A stretch of DNA of 64,000 bases. Source: an uncultured Bacillota bacterium (lineage in GTDB: Bacteria > Bacillota > Clostridia > Christensenellales > UBA1242). Shown here in pieces: positions 29,553 to 39,698 of this stretch. The stretch spans positions 105,583-169,582 of the forward strand of contig CAMRTM010000001.1 of NCBI GenBank assembly GCA_947053645.1, in the 5' to 3' direction. The number at the start of each line of letters is the position of its first letter. Positions within the stretch are counted from its first letter, which is position 1. Position numbers and translations under genes: made by a program. The notes below the pieces were generated by a model, which saw only the letters and a program-made list of their open reading frames with translations, made no database searches and was not told where the DNA came from.

Positions 29553-31633
29553 CTTTCACTCCTTTGTACATAGGTAACATTCTTAAGTGACCGTACATTT
29601 GTCATCACTTTTTCAAGTTCCGCAGTGTTTTTAACCGCTACCGCAATATCACATATAAAATTTTCTCCAACATCTTTTGCATCAAAGGCTGTGATTAGCA
29701 CCTTCATATTTGTAATTAGCGTTGTTAGTTTTGCAATGTTATTATTAGACTTATTCGCTACCACATGTATGGTGGCAATGAAATTTTTCTTCTCTTTTGT
29801 CGACCATTCAGCATTGATTAATCTTTCGCTTTCAAGGTATTTAAGATTTGAACAACTCTTTCTATGAATTGTTACCCCCTTACCACGAGAGATATAACCT
29901 ATGATTTCATCGCCTTCGATAGGATTGCAACAGCAAGCATACCTTACAAGCATTCCACTATCGCCGTCAATAAGCACACCTTCTTTATTCTTCTTTACTG
30001 TCACTACCGTTGTCTTTTCTGGCAAGGTGACATTATCTTTTGACCATAGGGAAATAAATCTTCCCACAACTTGATTCGCAGTCATACTGCCAGAGCCTAT
30101 TGCAGCATATGCCTCCTCTATCTTTTTCATTGTGAGTTTTGGGAGGATTTGGTCGAGGTATTTATCTGTGAGTAGTTGTGAAGATGTAAACCCTTTATCT
30201 TTAATTGCTTGGTCAAACATTGCTTTACCACTCTTTATATTCTCTTCTTTAAGTTCATTTTTGAAAAATGTCTTAATTCCGCTTCTTGCCCCACTTGTCT
30301 TTACAAGATTAAGCCAATCGCGCGAAGGCCCCTTACTATTTGGATTGGTAAGTATCTCGACAATATCTCCATTCTTTAACAGCGTTCCTATTGGCTGAAT
30401 TTTAGAATTTATCTTTGCTCCAACGCAGGTGTTTCCTACCTGTGAATGTACTGCATATGCAAAATCTATTGCTGTCGCACCCTCTGGAAACTCTAGTACT
30501 CTTCCCTTAGGTGTCTGACAGAAAATTATCCCTCCATACAGGTCGGCTTTAAGGGTTTCAACAAACTCTTCAGGTGGAAGATTTTTGGCGTTATCTATCG
30601 CTTCTCTAAACCATGTAACGCGGGTATCTAATTTGTCCTTTTTGGTGGTCTTCTCTTTATACAACCAATGTGCATAACTTCCAAATTCACTTGCACGGTG
30701 CATTTCAAAAGTCCTTATTTGAATTTCAAGCGGATGCTGATTTTCAACAATTACAGTGGTGTGAAGGGACTGATAGCCATTTGGCTTTGGATTTGCAATA
30801 TAGTCCTTAACTCTGCCCGGAATTGGCTTATATATTTGATGGATTCGCCCTAGTATGGAGTAGCATTCCTCTACTCTATTAACGATGACACGCATTGCAA
30901 GAAGGTCATAAATTTTATCTAGATGGGTGACTGTATTTAGTTTCTTATATACACTGCTTATATGTTTTTGTCTATGGGTGATTTCGCCATCTATTTTTAG
31001 GTCGGTCATAATTTTTCTAAGCTTCTCTTCCGTGATTGCAAACTGCTCATTATTCTCCTCGCGTTTACTTTCAAGTTGCATTGCAAGGTCAGCATATTCT
31101 TTTGGATGTTCAAGCCTTACCACATCATCATCCATTAATGATTTAAGTTTATCAAGCCCAAGTCTTTCAGAAAGTGGGATATGAATCTCTTTTACCAGAT
31201 TTATAAAATCACAGTTTTCTCTTGTCAAGTTTTCAATTTGTCTAATATCATAGGCAATACCTGCTAGTTTTATCATCACTACACGAACATCTTTACTAAG
31301 GGCAAGAAACATTTTTTTGATATCTTCCGCTTCTTCACTCTTTGTAATTGCTTGCAAATCCTTTATTGATTTGAAACTTTCAACCAGTTCCTTCTCTTCA
31401 TTATTTAACCTCTTAATAATCTCTTCTGCTTCCTCAGGACTAGCCTTATATAATTGATATGTCAAAAAAGCAAGAACCGAACTTTTATCAAGTTTTGCGT
31501 TTATTATGCAATCAAGAATGTAATCGCATCTGGAAAAATTGATTTTTTTAGAAAGTATGAGGTCTAGAGTTTCTGCATCATGTTCATCAAAACTATACTT
31601 ATTTAATATTTTTTCTCGTATTTGACTCTTCAT
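29543..31633 (-). CDS. rel: Long RelA/SpoT homologue: intact synthetase, TGS, ZFD and ACT; degenerate HD hydrolase
   Basis: RQKHISSVYKK, YDLLAMRVIV, KDYIANPKPNGYQSLHTT and EIQIRT are present. The HD region reads AFLTYQLYK and KLAGIAYDIR. Confidence 0.93.
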   Translation of the reverse strand: MKSQIREKILNKYSFDEHDAETLDLILSKKINFSRCDYILDCIINAKLDKSSVLAFLTYQLYKASPEEAEEIIKRLNNEEKELVESFKSIKDLQAITKSEEAEDIKKMFLALSKDVRVVMIKLAGIAYDIRQIENLTRENCDFINLVKEIHIPLSERLGLDKLKSLMDDDVVRLEHPKEYADLAMQLESKREENNEQFAITEEKLRKIMTDLKIDGEITHRQKHISSVYKKLNTVTHLDKIYDLLAMRVIVNRVEECYSILGRIHQIYKPIPGRVKDYIANPKPNGYQSLHTTVIVENQHPLEIQIRTFEMHRASEFGSYAHWLYKEKTTKKDKLDTRVTWFREAIDNAKNLPPEEFVETLKADLYGGIIFCQTPKGRVLEFPEGATAIDFAYAVHSQVGNTCVGAKINSKIQPIGTLLKNGDIVEILTNPNSKGPSRDWLNLVKTSGARSGIKTFFKNELKEENIKSGKAMFDQAIKDKGFTSSQLLTDKYLDQILPKLTMKKIEEAYAAIGSGSMTANQVVGRFISLWSKDNVTLPEKTTVVTVKKNKEGVLIDGDSGMLVRYACCCNPIEGDEIIGYISRGKGVTIHRKSCSNLKYLESERLINAEWSTKEKKNFIATIHVVANKSNNNIAKLTTLITNMKVLITAFDAKDVGENFICDIAVAVKNTAELEKVMTNVRSLKNVTYVQRSERWM

Positions 31634-33987
31634 CTTTCCTCCTTAAATGTGCTTTTGAGTAACATCAATTTATTATACAATCTTGACTGCGTAAGTTCTC
31701 TTTTCGCCGATTTATTGATGTAAATAGTAAGTCCTTCATTGTCAACTACATTTATTAGACCAAGTTCAGCAAATGTCTTAAACGCAACATAGAAGGATGC
31801 AAAACTTACACCTGTTAAATTTGTTTTATCATACAATTCAAACACATTATATACAGTTTTCCCCGCTTTAGCACGAAGAGCATTAAATATTCTGCCAAAT
31901 GTATCGCGACTTAAATCTAAGCCCGCAAATTTTTTATAATTAGCATCTTTTTCTATAGGCAGATATATATCAGCATTTGTAACGCTGTTAAGGGCAGAAA
32001 TAAAGCCAGAATCAAGCACTGGTGAAAGAAATACAATTTTAGAATAATTCTTTGCCCAATCCAATCCTTTTGGAGAAAGAAGGAGGCTATTATAACCTAT
32101 CTCACTGGAATCATAAATTCCAAAATGATAGATGTTCTTTGTGCTATAATTCTTAGAAAATTCGACATAATCAAAACAAGAATATGTGACGAATGCAGTG
32201 CCAAAAACAGATGTGGAAGTGCCACTGACAAAATTTAAAAGTTCACTTTTAGGATATAAATTAAATTTTGCTTCTGTTACTTTTTCATAACCAAGTTGAC
32301 CAAATTCTATGGGATTTAACTTTTTATATGCGTCTTCAGCAATAAAACTTCCACCATCAAATTTTGATACTGTACCCTTTGTTGACCTTGGTTTAAATTC
32401 AAATATTATGCTTTTTTGACGAGAAAATGTCATCTTGAGTATGCTATCAATGAAATTGAAATACAACATTTCAAAATTGTCTATTTTAATGCTTGCATGC
32501 TGCGGAAACCTTTTCATAGGTGTAAAATTCATGTCAGTCACTGTTACCTTGAATTTTGGACTTGGATTCTCACAGCCAAATGGCTCTAAAATGGATAGTT
32601 CTTTAACAAATTCTGGAGTAATTTCGTTTACTAATATTTCTTGATCATAATATTCAATTGGAATAAAAACCTCATCATTTACATTTTGAAGTGCAAAAGC
32701 ATTTATCCGTTGTACAAACTGCTCATAGTGGCATCTTTTTAAACTCAGTCCTGCAGCCATACTATGTCCACCGAAGGTATCTAGAATATCTTTTGTTGAA
32801 GAAAGAAGTTCATGTATGTTTATATCATCAATACTTCTACCAGAGCCAGAAAGCGTGTCACCATCCTGAGCAAGCAAAAAGACTGGCTTATGATATTTAT
32901 CTACAAGCCTTGAACAAACTATACCAAGCACTCCTTTATCCCATGACCTTGATGCAAGAACTATAACTCTTTGCATACGCATGTCTTGCTTTGCAAGCGC
33001 TTTTTCACAATCAGCATAGATTTTATTGCAAATTTCCTGTCTTTTTGTGTTATGATTCTTGATTTTTTCAATATACTTTTTAATTTTTACTGGGTCGGTT
33101 TCAAAATACAGTTTAAGACTGTCTGAAGCATCCCCCATTCGACCAGATGCGTTCAGTTTTGGTGCAATCTTAAAAGAAATTTCAGTGGAATTTGGCTTAA
33201 GAGTGCTGAGTTCATATTCCCTAAAAAGCATTTTCAGCCCTATGGGAAGATACTTATCCATGAGTTTAAGACCGCGTGTAACTATTGTACGATTCTCACC
33301 AATTAGTGGCACTATATCGGCAATCGTCGCTATTGCTGCAATAGGCAAAAACTGCTCCGCTTCTTGTCTTCCAAGTAGAGCCTCCGCTACTTTATATGCC
33401 ACACCAGTCCCACATATCTCATGATCGGGGTATTCCTGCCCTTCTATTTTAGCATTCACAACTATTGTATCTGGTAACACCTCTGGAATATCATGGTGGT
33501 CGGTTATTGCAATGTCTATTCCTTTCGTTTTTGCATATTCTGCTTCGGTTGCACAGGAAATTCCACAATCCACCGTGATAATTAAATTTGGATTGTATTT
33601 ATCTGCTATTTTATCAATTACAGCATTTGTAAGACCATATCCATCTACAAAGCGGTTTGGAAGATAGTAATTTGCCTTGATTCCAAAAATTGCTAATGCT
33701 TTCACCATAATTGAAGTGGCACTTATTCCGTCAACATCATAATCGCCAAAAATAAGCACTCTATCGCCCATTTCACGAGCAAGAGTAATTCTATCAATTA
33801 GTTCCTTCATCCCTTTAAGTAAGAATGGGTCATTAAGTTTCTTTGGATTTAAAAATTCTTCAATCTCTTCTTTAGTAGAAAGTCCGCGTGAGCATATAAT
33901 CTCCATAACACGCGGAGATAAATTAAATTCTTGACTAAGTTCGGCTACCTTATCTATGTCCTTATTAAAAAATTTCTTAAATATCAT
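31630..33987 (-). CDS. recJ: Single-stranded-DNA exonuclease RecJ
   Basis: GDYDVDGISAT, ITVDCGI, TDHH, IATIADIVPL, SGRS and FGGHSMAAG. Confidence 0.96.
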   Translation of the reverse strand: MIFKKFFNKDIDKVAELSQEFNLSPRVMEIICSRGLSTKEEIEEFLNPKKLNDPFLLKGMKELIDRITLAREMGDRVLIFGDYDVDGISATSIMVKALAIFGIKANYYLPNRFVDGYGLTNAVIDKIADKYNPNLIITVDCGISCATEAEYAKTKGIDIAITDHHDIPEVLPDTIVVNAKIEGQEYPDHEICGTGVAYKVAEALLGRQEAEQFLPIAAIATIADIVPLIGENRTIVTRGLKLMDKYLPIGLKMLFREYELSTLKPNSTEISFKIAPKLNASGRMGDASDSLKLYFETDPVKIKKYIEKIKNHNTKRQEICNKIYADCEKALAKQDMRMQRVIVLASRSWDKGVLGIVCSRLVDKYHKPVFLLAQDGDTLSGSGRSIDDINIHELLSSTKDILDTFGGHSMAAGLSLKRCHYEQFVQRINAFALQNVNDEVFIPIEYYDQEILVNEITPEFVKELSILEPFGCENPSPKFKVTVTDMNFTPMKRFPQHASIKIDNFEMLYFNFIDSILKMTFSRQKSIIFEFKPRSTKGTVSKFDGGSFIAEDAYKKLNPIEFGQLGYEKVTEAKFNLYPKSELLNFVSGTSTSVFGTAFVTYSCFDYVEFSKNYSTKNIYHFGIYDSSEIGYNSLLLSPKGLDWAKNYSKIVFLSPVLDSGFISALNSVTNADIYLPIEKDANYKKFAGLDLSRDTFGRIFNALRAKAGKTVYNVFELYDKTNLTGVSFASFYVAFKTFAELGLINVVDNEGLTIYINKSAKRELTQSRLYNKLMLLKSTFKEER

Positions 33988-34085
33988 ACTAAAACCCTAT
34001 AAAATAATCTTCTTATGAATTTAGTATAACATAAGGTTTTTTATTTTTCCTAATAAATTTGTGCTTTGCGGACTTTTATTTTTTT

Positions 34086-34182
34086 AGATTTCTCCGCTCC
34101 ACTGCGTTCCGGTCGAAATGACAGTGCCTTAGGCACTTTTTTTTACGCTACGCTGGATCCCTCCGCTGCAGTCGGGATGACA
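34086..34182 (+). repeat. REP-like composite (GAAATGAC unit + hairpin + GGGATGAC unit)
   Basis: Nearly the same composite recurs at about 55866-55938. Confidence 0.88.
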
Positions 34183-34201
34183 AATGGTGTGACTACATTA
34201 C

Positions 34202-34236
34202 AAAAAAAACAAACCGGTCTAACGGTTTGTTTTTTT
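34202..34236 (-). terminator. Intrinsic terminator after the rho-like gene
   Basis: AAAAAAAACAAACCG-GTCTAA-CGGTTTGTTTTTTT. Confidence 0.75.
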
Positions 34237-34290
34237 GTAAAGACTTTTGCTTTACTCTTTTATTATCTTCAATTTTACTCTATTTATACA

Positions 34291-35469
34291 TTAATCTTCA
34301 AACTTTGATGAAATTTTTTCAAGTTCATTCTTAAAGAATAAGTCCTCACTATTATTTGACCAGTATGTCATAACTACAGTAATACTTGCTCCATTTTTAA
34401 GTGCTTTGCCTAGAGAAACCAATTTTTGGGCAATCACGACTCCTCTCTCTTTATGTCCGCTTTGCATTTCTTTTTCTACAAAACATTTATCAAGCACATT
34501 CAGCATACCTACAATATCATTTACAAACAGCACCACTTTCTCTCCCTGTGTGAGAAGTCTTTCAGCATGTGCGATTGCATCTATTACCTTACCAAAACTT
34601 ATATCATAGCCTGTGCCATATACTGTAGTCATATCCAACATATTATCTATTTCAGAAAACATGATTTGGTCTTCAAAACAGGTGTTTAGTCCAAGTGTGA
34701 TGAGTTTATAATTATTCTCTTTGCAAAAAGTCGCAAACTCTTCAAATCTATTATCTTCAAACAAATTCCCATTATATTTGAGAAGATTCCTTCTTCCACA
34801 ATACAATTTGTAATCTCCATATTGCAACCTATCTCTTGAAATCATAGGACCGTCCATAATTTCAAATCTTGGTATATATTTCCCAACTTCTACACCATTT
34901 ATTTTATATATTTTGGACATTACATAATCTTCACTTGTATTAACTCTTATTCCTTCGCAGTCAATCAAATCCCCCGCTTGAAGCCCATATACCACCGTTT
35001 CTCTTTGCGGTACAAATACCTTCTTTAGCGTTTTTCTATCTAATAAACAAGCAACTACATCATTCTTTCTGAGTATACCAGAAAAGTCTGTAGCATCCTC
35101 ATCTTCAACCTCGGTGTATACTGGAACATCTTGCGAAAAACATACAATATCTTCATATCTCAGCGGCTTTCTTTGCGTAATCATATTATCAGTGTCATCT
35201 CCGCCAGTCATCTTTGCCATGATATCTTCAAGGTTACTAAGTTTTTTAAATGGTCTACCCTTCTTGGTATGTTTTACAAGAGTTGTATCGTTATTATAAA
35301 TTCTATCTAATATAAGTTCGATTAAATCGTTTCGCTTTTTTGTCGTTGGTGATGGCACGCCCACTTCACGCCCTAATGCCCTTAGTTCAAATATTCCAAG
35401 ATTTTCTACCAGCATTTGTTTATGTTGATTTCTATCCATCTGCCTAGTCGCAAGTAAATTTATATCCAT
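34291..35469 (-). CDS. Rho termination factor homologue with degenerate ATPase domain
   Basis: Rho_N-like FELRALGREVGV...KKRNDLIELI; OB-fold-like VFVP...YGLQAGDLI; ATPase remnants AERLLTQGEKVVLFVNDI and GKALKNGASITVVMT; no Walker A. Confidence 0.8.
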   Translation of the reverse strand: MDINLLATRQMDRNQHKQMLVENLGIFELRALGREVGVPSPTTKKRNDLIELILDRIYNNDTTLVKHTKKGRPFKKLSNLEDIMAKMTGGDDTDNMITQRKPLRYEDIVCFSQDVPVYTEVEDEDATDFSGILRKNDVVACLLDRKTLKKVFVPQRETVVYGLQAGDLIDCEGIRVNTSEDYVMSKIYKINGVEVGKYIPRFEIMDGPMISRDRLQYGDYKLYCGRRNLLKYNGNLFEDNRFEEFATFCKENNYKLITLGLNTCFEDQIMFSEIDNMLDMTTVYGTGYDISFGKVIDAIAHAERLLTQGEKVVLFVNDIVGMLNVLDKCFVEKEMQSGHKERGVVIAQKLVSLGKALKNGASITVVMTYWSNNSEDLFFKNELEKISSKFED

Positions 35470-35570
35470 TTTTCGCTTCCTCCTTTCGTTTATCAACATT
35501 TTTCTCTATTTTGTTTAGTTTTTCTTTATTTTATCATTATTTTGTACAATAGTCAACTTTTTAGACAATA

Positions 35571-36458
35571 TTAGACAATATTAAATAAACTTATGATCAT
35601 TCCGCAACTTACTGCAAAAAGGTATAATAAACCAGTTATTCCTAAGTTTCTTACTATTTTTTTCTTTCCTGTAGTGAAAAGTACTATTAACCCCACACCT
35701 GCTCCAGCACAAAGTCCTGCACACATTGCTGCAAAACTTAAAACTGGAGTGCCGGCTATTATACCAGACATATATAATTCAACAAGAAAGACAGAGGCAC
35801 TGCAATTTGGAATTAGTCCTATGAGAGAGGCAATGAGAATTTGAATATAAACATTGTCTGTAAGTATTGTTCTAAAGAAATCGGTGCCAGCATAGCCAAA
35901 TATCAAATTGATAGCAAGGGTTGCAACAAACACATACAAAGCGATGATAAGTGTATGTTTTAATGCGTCCAAAAAAATATTTTTAGCACAGCAATGTCCA
36001 TGCTCATGATGATGTGGTTCTTCATATTCTTGCAACTTTTGAGGCCTTTTTATTGAAATTAGATGCCATGTAACATCCACTGCATAGCCTATTATTATCG
36101 CAAAAAGCACTTTAAAACCAAGAAGCATAAGCAGTTTTGGAATAAACTCTGGTTTTGAAATCATAAGAGGAATTGCCTCATCACTTGTTGCAATAAATAC
36201 CGCCATCAGAGTGCCAAGTGTTACAACTTTGTCATTATACAGTTTACTCATTACTGATGAAAAACCACATTGGGGAACACAACCTAAAAAAGCACCAACT
36301 AAAGGTCCAGCCTTTTTCGTGTGGTGCAAAATCTTAGAATATTTTTCATTGTTGTTGTGCGAGAAATAACCTACAAGTAGATATGCTAAATATAATATTG
36401 GAAGTGTTAACGCGGTATCTATGCAGGCATCCTTTAGCGCATCTAAAAAGATTTCCAT
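35571..36458 (-). CDS. Putative manganese/metal transporter
   Basis: GCVPQCGFS, FIATSDEAIP, His-rich loop HHHEHGHCC and GLIPNCSAS. Confidence 0.8.
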   Translation of the reverse strand: MEIFLDALKDACIDTALTLPILYLAYLLVGYFSHNNNEKYSKILHHTKKAGPLVGAFLGCVPQCGFSSVMSKLYNDKVVTLGTLMAVFIATSDEAIPLMISKPEFIPKLLMLLGFKVLFAIIIGYAVDVTWHLISIKRPQKLQEYEEPHHHEHGHCCAKNIFLDALKHTLIIALYVFVATLAINLIFGYAGTDFFRTILTDNVYIQILIASLIGLIPNCSASVFLVELYMSGIIAGTPVLSFAAMCAGLCAGAGVGLIVLFTTGKKKIVRNLGITGLLYLFAVSCGMIISLFNIV

Positions 36459-36465
36459 TTAACCT

Positions 36466-37392
36466 CTATTCTGATTTTTTATTTGCTTCGAGTGCAAGTT
36501 CCTCCATTTTCATCTGTTTTGTTCTTGGTTTTCTTTTTGGCTTTTCAATTACTGTCGTTTCAGTAGTCTTCTCTGTTACAACTTCTTTTTTGACAGTTTT
36601 TTTGCTTTCTTTTACCTCTTCAGGTTCCTTTTGAGATGCTAATTTTTCCTTTTGAAATTCACTCATTCTTTTTTCGCTTTCTTTTGGAGAGTAGAGAATA
36701 AGTGTTTGCTTATCTTGATATCCTATTCTTCCATCCATATTCGCTGAAATGATTGCTTTTCCTAACATTTCTTCTATCTCGCCTTTATTAAAGGTGGATA
36801 CTTCACTCCCATCAGCAAAGAGCGCAATATGTCCATTATTCATTGTGCCAATTCGGCTGTCATTAAGAAGATATGTGATATGTCCATCAAGCATGGAAAC
36901 AAGTTGTGCATTATTCATAATACCTGTAATTTCCCCAGTAATCATGGTGACAATTCTTGCCTTTCCACGAACAAACATTACCTGACCTTCTGTCATGGTT
37001 GCAAGTTCTGCCTTATCATCTACAAAACGAATAAACCCTCCATTCATTGTGCCAATGGTTGCTTTTCCGCGTACATAATCTATTTTGCATGAATTTATTG
37101 TCGTGATGGATGCTTTTCCTGTAACTTCAGTTATTGTACCACTTTTAAAAAGCCCTATTTTTGCCTTTCCTCCCACGGTATCAATGACAGCGTCTTCCAT
37201 CATTTGAATCTTCGCTTTGCCATTTATCTCCTTAAAGGTGCAATTAAAACTTTCAAGCACTACTACATTTCCGCCTAATGAAACATTTGTACATTTATTT
37301 AATATATGCACACCGTTTGATAAACTGAAATTTGACTCTTCATCATGGATTATAGGATCAATTACCTTTTCTTTTTTCTTAAACAATTTCAT
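36466..37392 (-). CDS. Hypothetical protein with 17-aa beta-solenoid-like repeats
   Basis: About 11 tandem 17-residue repeats (xxVxGKAxIxTMxxGxI) and a charged C-terminal tail; GGAG RBS before ATG 37392. Confidence 0.7.
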   Translation of the reverse strand: MKLFKKKEKVIDPIIHDEESNFSLSNGVHILNKCTNVSLGGNVVVLESFNCTFKEINGKAKIQMMEDAVIDTVGGKAKIGLFKSGTITEVTGKASITTINSCKIDYVRGKATIGTMNGGFIRFVDDKAELATMTEGQVMFVRGKARIVTMITGEITGIMNNAQLVSMLDGHITYLLNDSRIGTMNNGHIALFADGSEVSTFNKGEIEEMLGKAIISANMDGRIGYQDKQTLILYSPKESEKRMSEFQKEKLASQKEPEEVKESKKTVKKEVVTEKTTETTVIEKPKRKPRTKQMKMEELALEANKKSE

Positions 37393-37512
37393 TCTCTCCC
37401 CTCTTTTCCTTTCGGCGATATATCTTACTATACCATAAAAACTTGTTACTTGCAAATATTTATTCACAAATTTAAAAAATTTCTACTATATACTTTTATA
37501 ATTTAAAATTGT

Positions 37513-37542
37513 ATTGACTATTTTTTGTCAATTTATTATACT
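37513..37542 (+). promoter_or_regulatory. sigmaA promoter of the ABC transporter with a palindrome over -35
   Basis: TTGACT-N17-TATACT; inverted repeat ATTGAC-N8-GTCAAT at 37513-37532. Confidence 0.65.
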
Positions 37543-37590
37543 ATTCTCGTATTATAAAAAGACCCTTTTTATGTCTTTTGGGAGGGAAAG

Positions 37591-39693
37591 ATGTCCAAAC
37601 TTGAGATAAAAAATCTAAAAAAGTACTATCATCTTGGTAACAAGACGGAATTTTTGGCACTTGATGACATAAATCTTTCTTTTAAAGAAGGTGAACTTGT
37701 TTCTATCGTTGGCGAAAGCGGTAGCGGGAAAAGCACCCTTATGAATGTTATTGGTGGGCTTGACAGCGATTATAACGGCGAAATTATTGTTGGCCAAGAA
37801 AACATTAAAAACCTATCTAATCGTGAACTTGATGAATACCGTAAAAAGAAAATCGGTTTTGTTTTTCAATCTTTCAATCTTATTCCTCACCTTACAATTC
37901 TTGACAATGTCACCATTGCACTCACACTTTCTAATGTTAAGGAGAGCGAAAAGGTCAAAAAAGCAACCGAAATTCTTACAAGGCTGGGACTTGAAAAACA
38001 AATTAAGAAAAAGCCAACACAACTTAGCGGTGGACAAAAACAAAGGGTGGCAATCGCTAGAGCCCTTATCAATGACCCCGAAATCATCCTCGCAGATGAG
38101 CCTACCGGTGCTCTTGACAGCACCACCACCCTACAAATACTTGACATTTTAAAAGAAATCGCTGATGACGGGAAACTTGTTATTATGGTTACTCACAGCG
38201 AAAAGGTGGCAAGTATTTCCTCCCGTATTGTAGAGTTAAGCGACGGGAAAATAGTCCGCGATGAAGTAAATAATGGCTATACAAAAAAGGAAGGTAGCCT
38301 TCTTGAAAAATCACAAGACACTACTTCTATCAAAAATAAAAAGAAATCTCATCTTTCCTTCCTTTCCGCTATAAAACTTTCCTTCCACAACATGTGGGCT
38401 AGCAAAATGAAAAACTTCTTGATTGCATTCGGAGTTTCTATCAGTCTTGTCAGCCTTATACTTATGCTCTCCTTCGGCTCTGGCCTTACCGATTACATAT
38501 CATCTCTTGCCGACCAGTATACTAATCCACTTTTTGTAACAATATCTAAACGGTCGGAAAAAGATGCTTCCGGCAATACCCACCTATCCAACCCTTTAAA
38601 ACCTTTGGGTTTTAAAGACCCTACTGAGATTGACAACCTTATGAATGACATAAACGCCAAACTTGAAGAAGCAGGCTATGAATATAGAATAACTGACGAG
38701 AATGTTTCATATGGATTTAATCAAATGGTTTATGGCTCGGCAAAATTTACTTACAAAGTAGATGATGATGGGAAATATGATGAAAACGGCAGTACAGATT
38801 CAACTCATGACATTTTCTATGTCTACACTACCCCTCCTTATTATGACGAGTCTAATATGATTGCTGGTGACATGAGCGGTATGAATGAAATCATGTTCTC
38901 TAAAGCCGTGGTTAAACTTTTGGGAATGGAAAAAAACGAAGATGTAATTGGCAAAAAAGTATCTATCAAAATACCAAGTATGCATATAAATACTGAAAAT
39001 ATAGTTTCTGATACACTGGATTGCTACCCTACAATTTCAGGCATTGTGGATGTTTCTAATATGTTTGAAAACTTCCCTGTTATCTATGTGAGTTATGACT
39101 ATCTTAAAGCACTCGTCGACTATGCAAATCTCGGTGCAGAGGATCCTATCGATTTCTACCCATACTCTATCTATATTAAAACCGATTCGGAAGAAACTAC
39201 TAAATTTATTAATTCATATATTGACACTCTTTCAAATTATTCGGGTTCGGTGGAAGAGCAAATGGTGAGCATGTTTACAGGCATGATTTCTACCTTCTCT
39301 ACTGCCCTGACAATTATTGCTGGAATTTCTCTTATTGTCGCTGCGATTATGATACTTGTTGTTCTTTATATGTCTGTCACTGAACGGACTCGTGAAATTG
39401 GTGTACTTAAAAGTATTGGTGCTAGGCGTCGAGATATAAAAAATATATTCTCTACTGAAAGTTTACTTATTGGTCTTTTAAGTGGCATTTTAGGTGTAAT
39501 ACTTTCTATGGTTGTTGGGCTTATCTTGACGCTGGTACTTAATTCTGTTCTCGGCTTTGCACCTCTTACTTTTAAATGGTATTATTTCCTAATTGCTATG
39601 GGAATTAGCGTTGTAATTAGTGTACTTGCGGGACTTCTCCCTGCCGCAAAAGCAGCCAAACTTGACCCTGTGGAATCGCTTCGACACGAATAA
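37591..39693 (+). CDS. MacB-type fused ABC ATPase/permease
   Basis: GESGSGKST, LSGGQKQRVAIARAL, ILADEPTG and an FtsX-like C-terminus ERTREIGVLKSIGA...AAKLDPVESLR. Confidence 0.95.
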   Translation: MSKLEIKNLKKYYHLGNKTEFLALDDINLSFKEGELVSIVGESGSGKSTLMNVIGGLDSDYNGEIIVGQENIKNLSNRELDEYRKKKIGFVFQSFNLIPHLTILDNVTIALTLSNVKESEKVKKATEILTRLGLEKQIKKKPTQLSGGQKQRVAIARALINDPEIILADEPTGALDSTTTLQILDILKEIADDGKLVIMVTHSEKVASISSRIVELSDGKIVRDEVNNGYTKKEGSLLEKSQDTTSIKNKKKSHLSFLSAIKLSFHNMWASKMKNFLIAFGVSISLVSLILMLSFGSGLTDYISSLADQYTNPLFVTISKRSEKDASGNTHLSNPLKPLGFKDPTEIDNLMNDINAKLEEAGYEYRITDENVSYGFNQMVYGSAKFTYKVDDDGKYDENGSTDSTHDIFYVYTTPPYYDESNMIAGDMSGMNEIMFSKAVVKLLGMEKNEDVIGKKVSIKIPSMHINTENIVSDTLDCYPTISGIVDVSNMFENFPVIYVSYDYLKALVDYANLGAEDPIDFYPYSIYIKTDSEETTKFINSYIDTLSNYSGSVEEQMVSMFTGMISTFSTALTIIAGISLIVAAIMILVVLYMSVTERTREIGVLKSIGARRRDIKNIFSTESLLIGLLSGILGVILSMVVGLILTLVLNSVLGFAPLTFKWYYFLIAMGISVVISVLAGLLPAAKAAKLDPVESLRHE

Positions 39694-39698
39694 TATTA

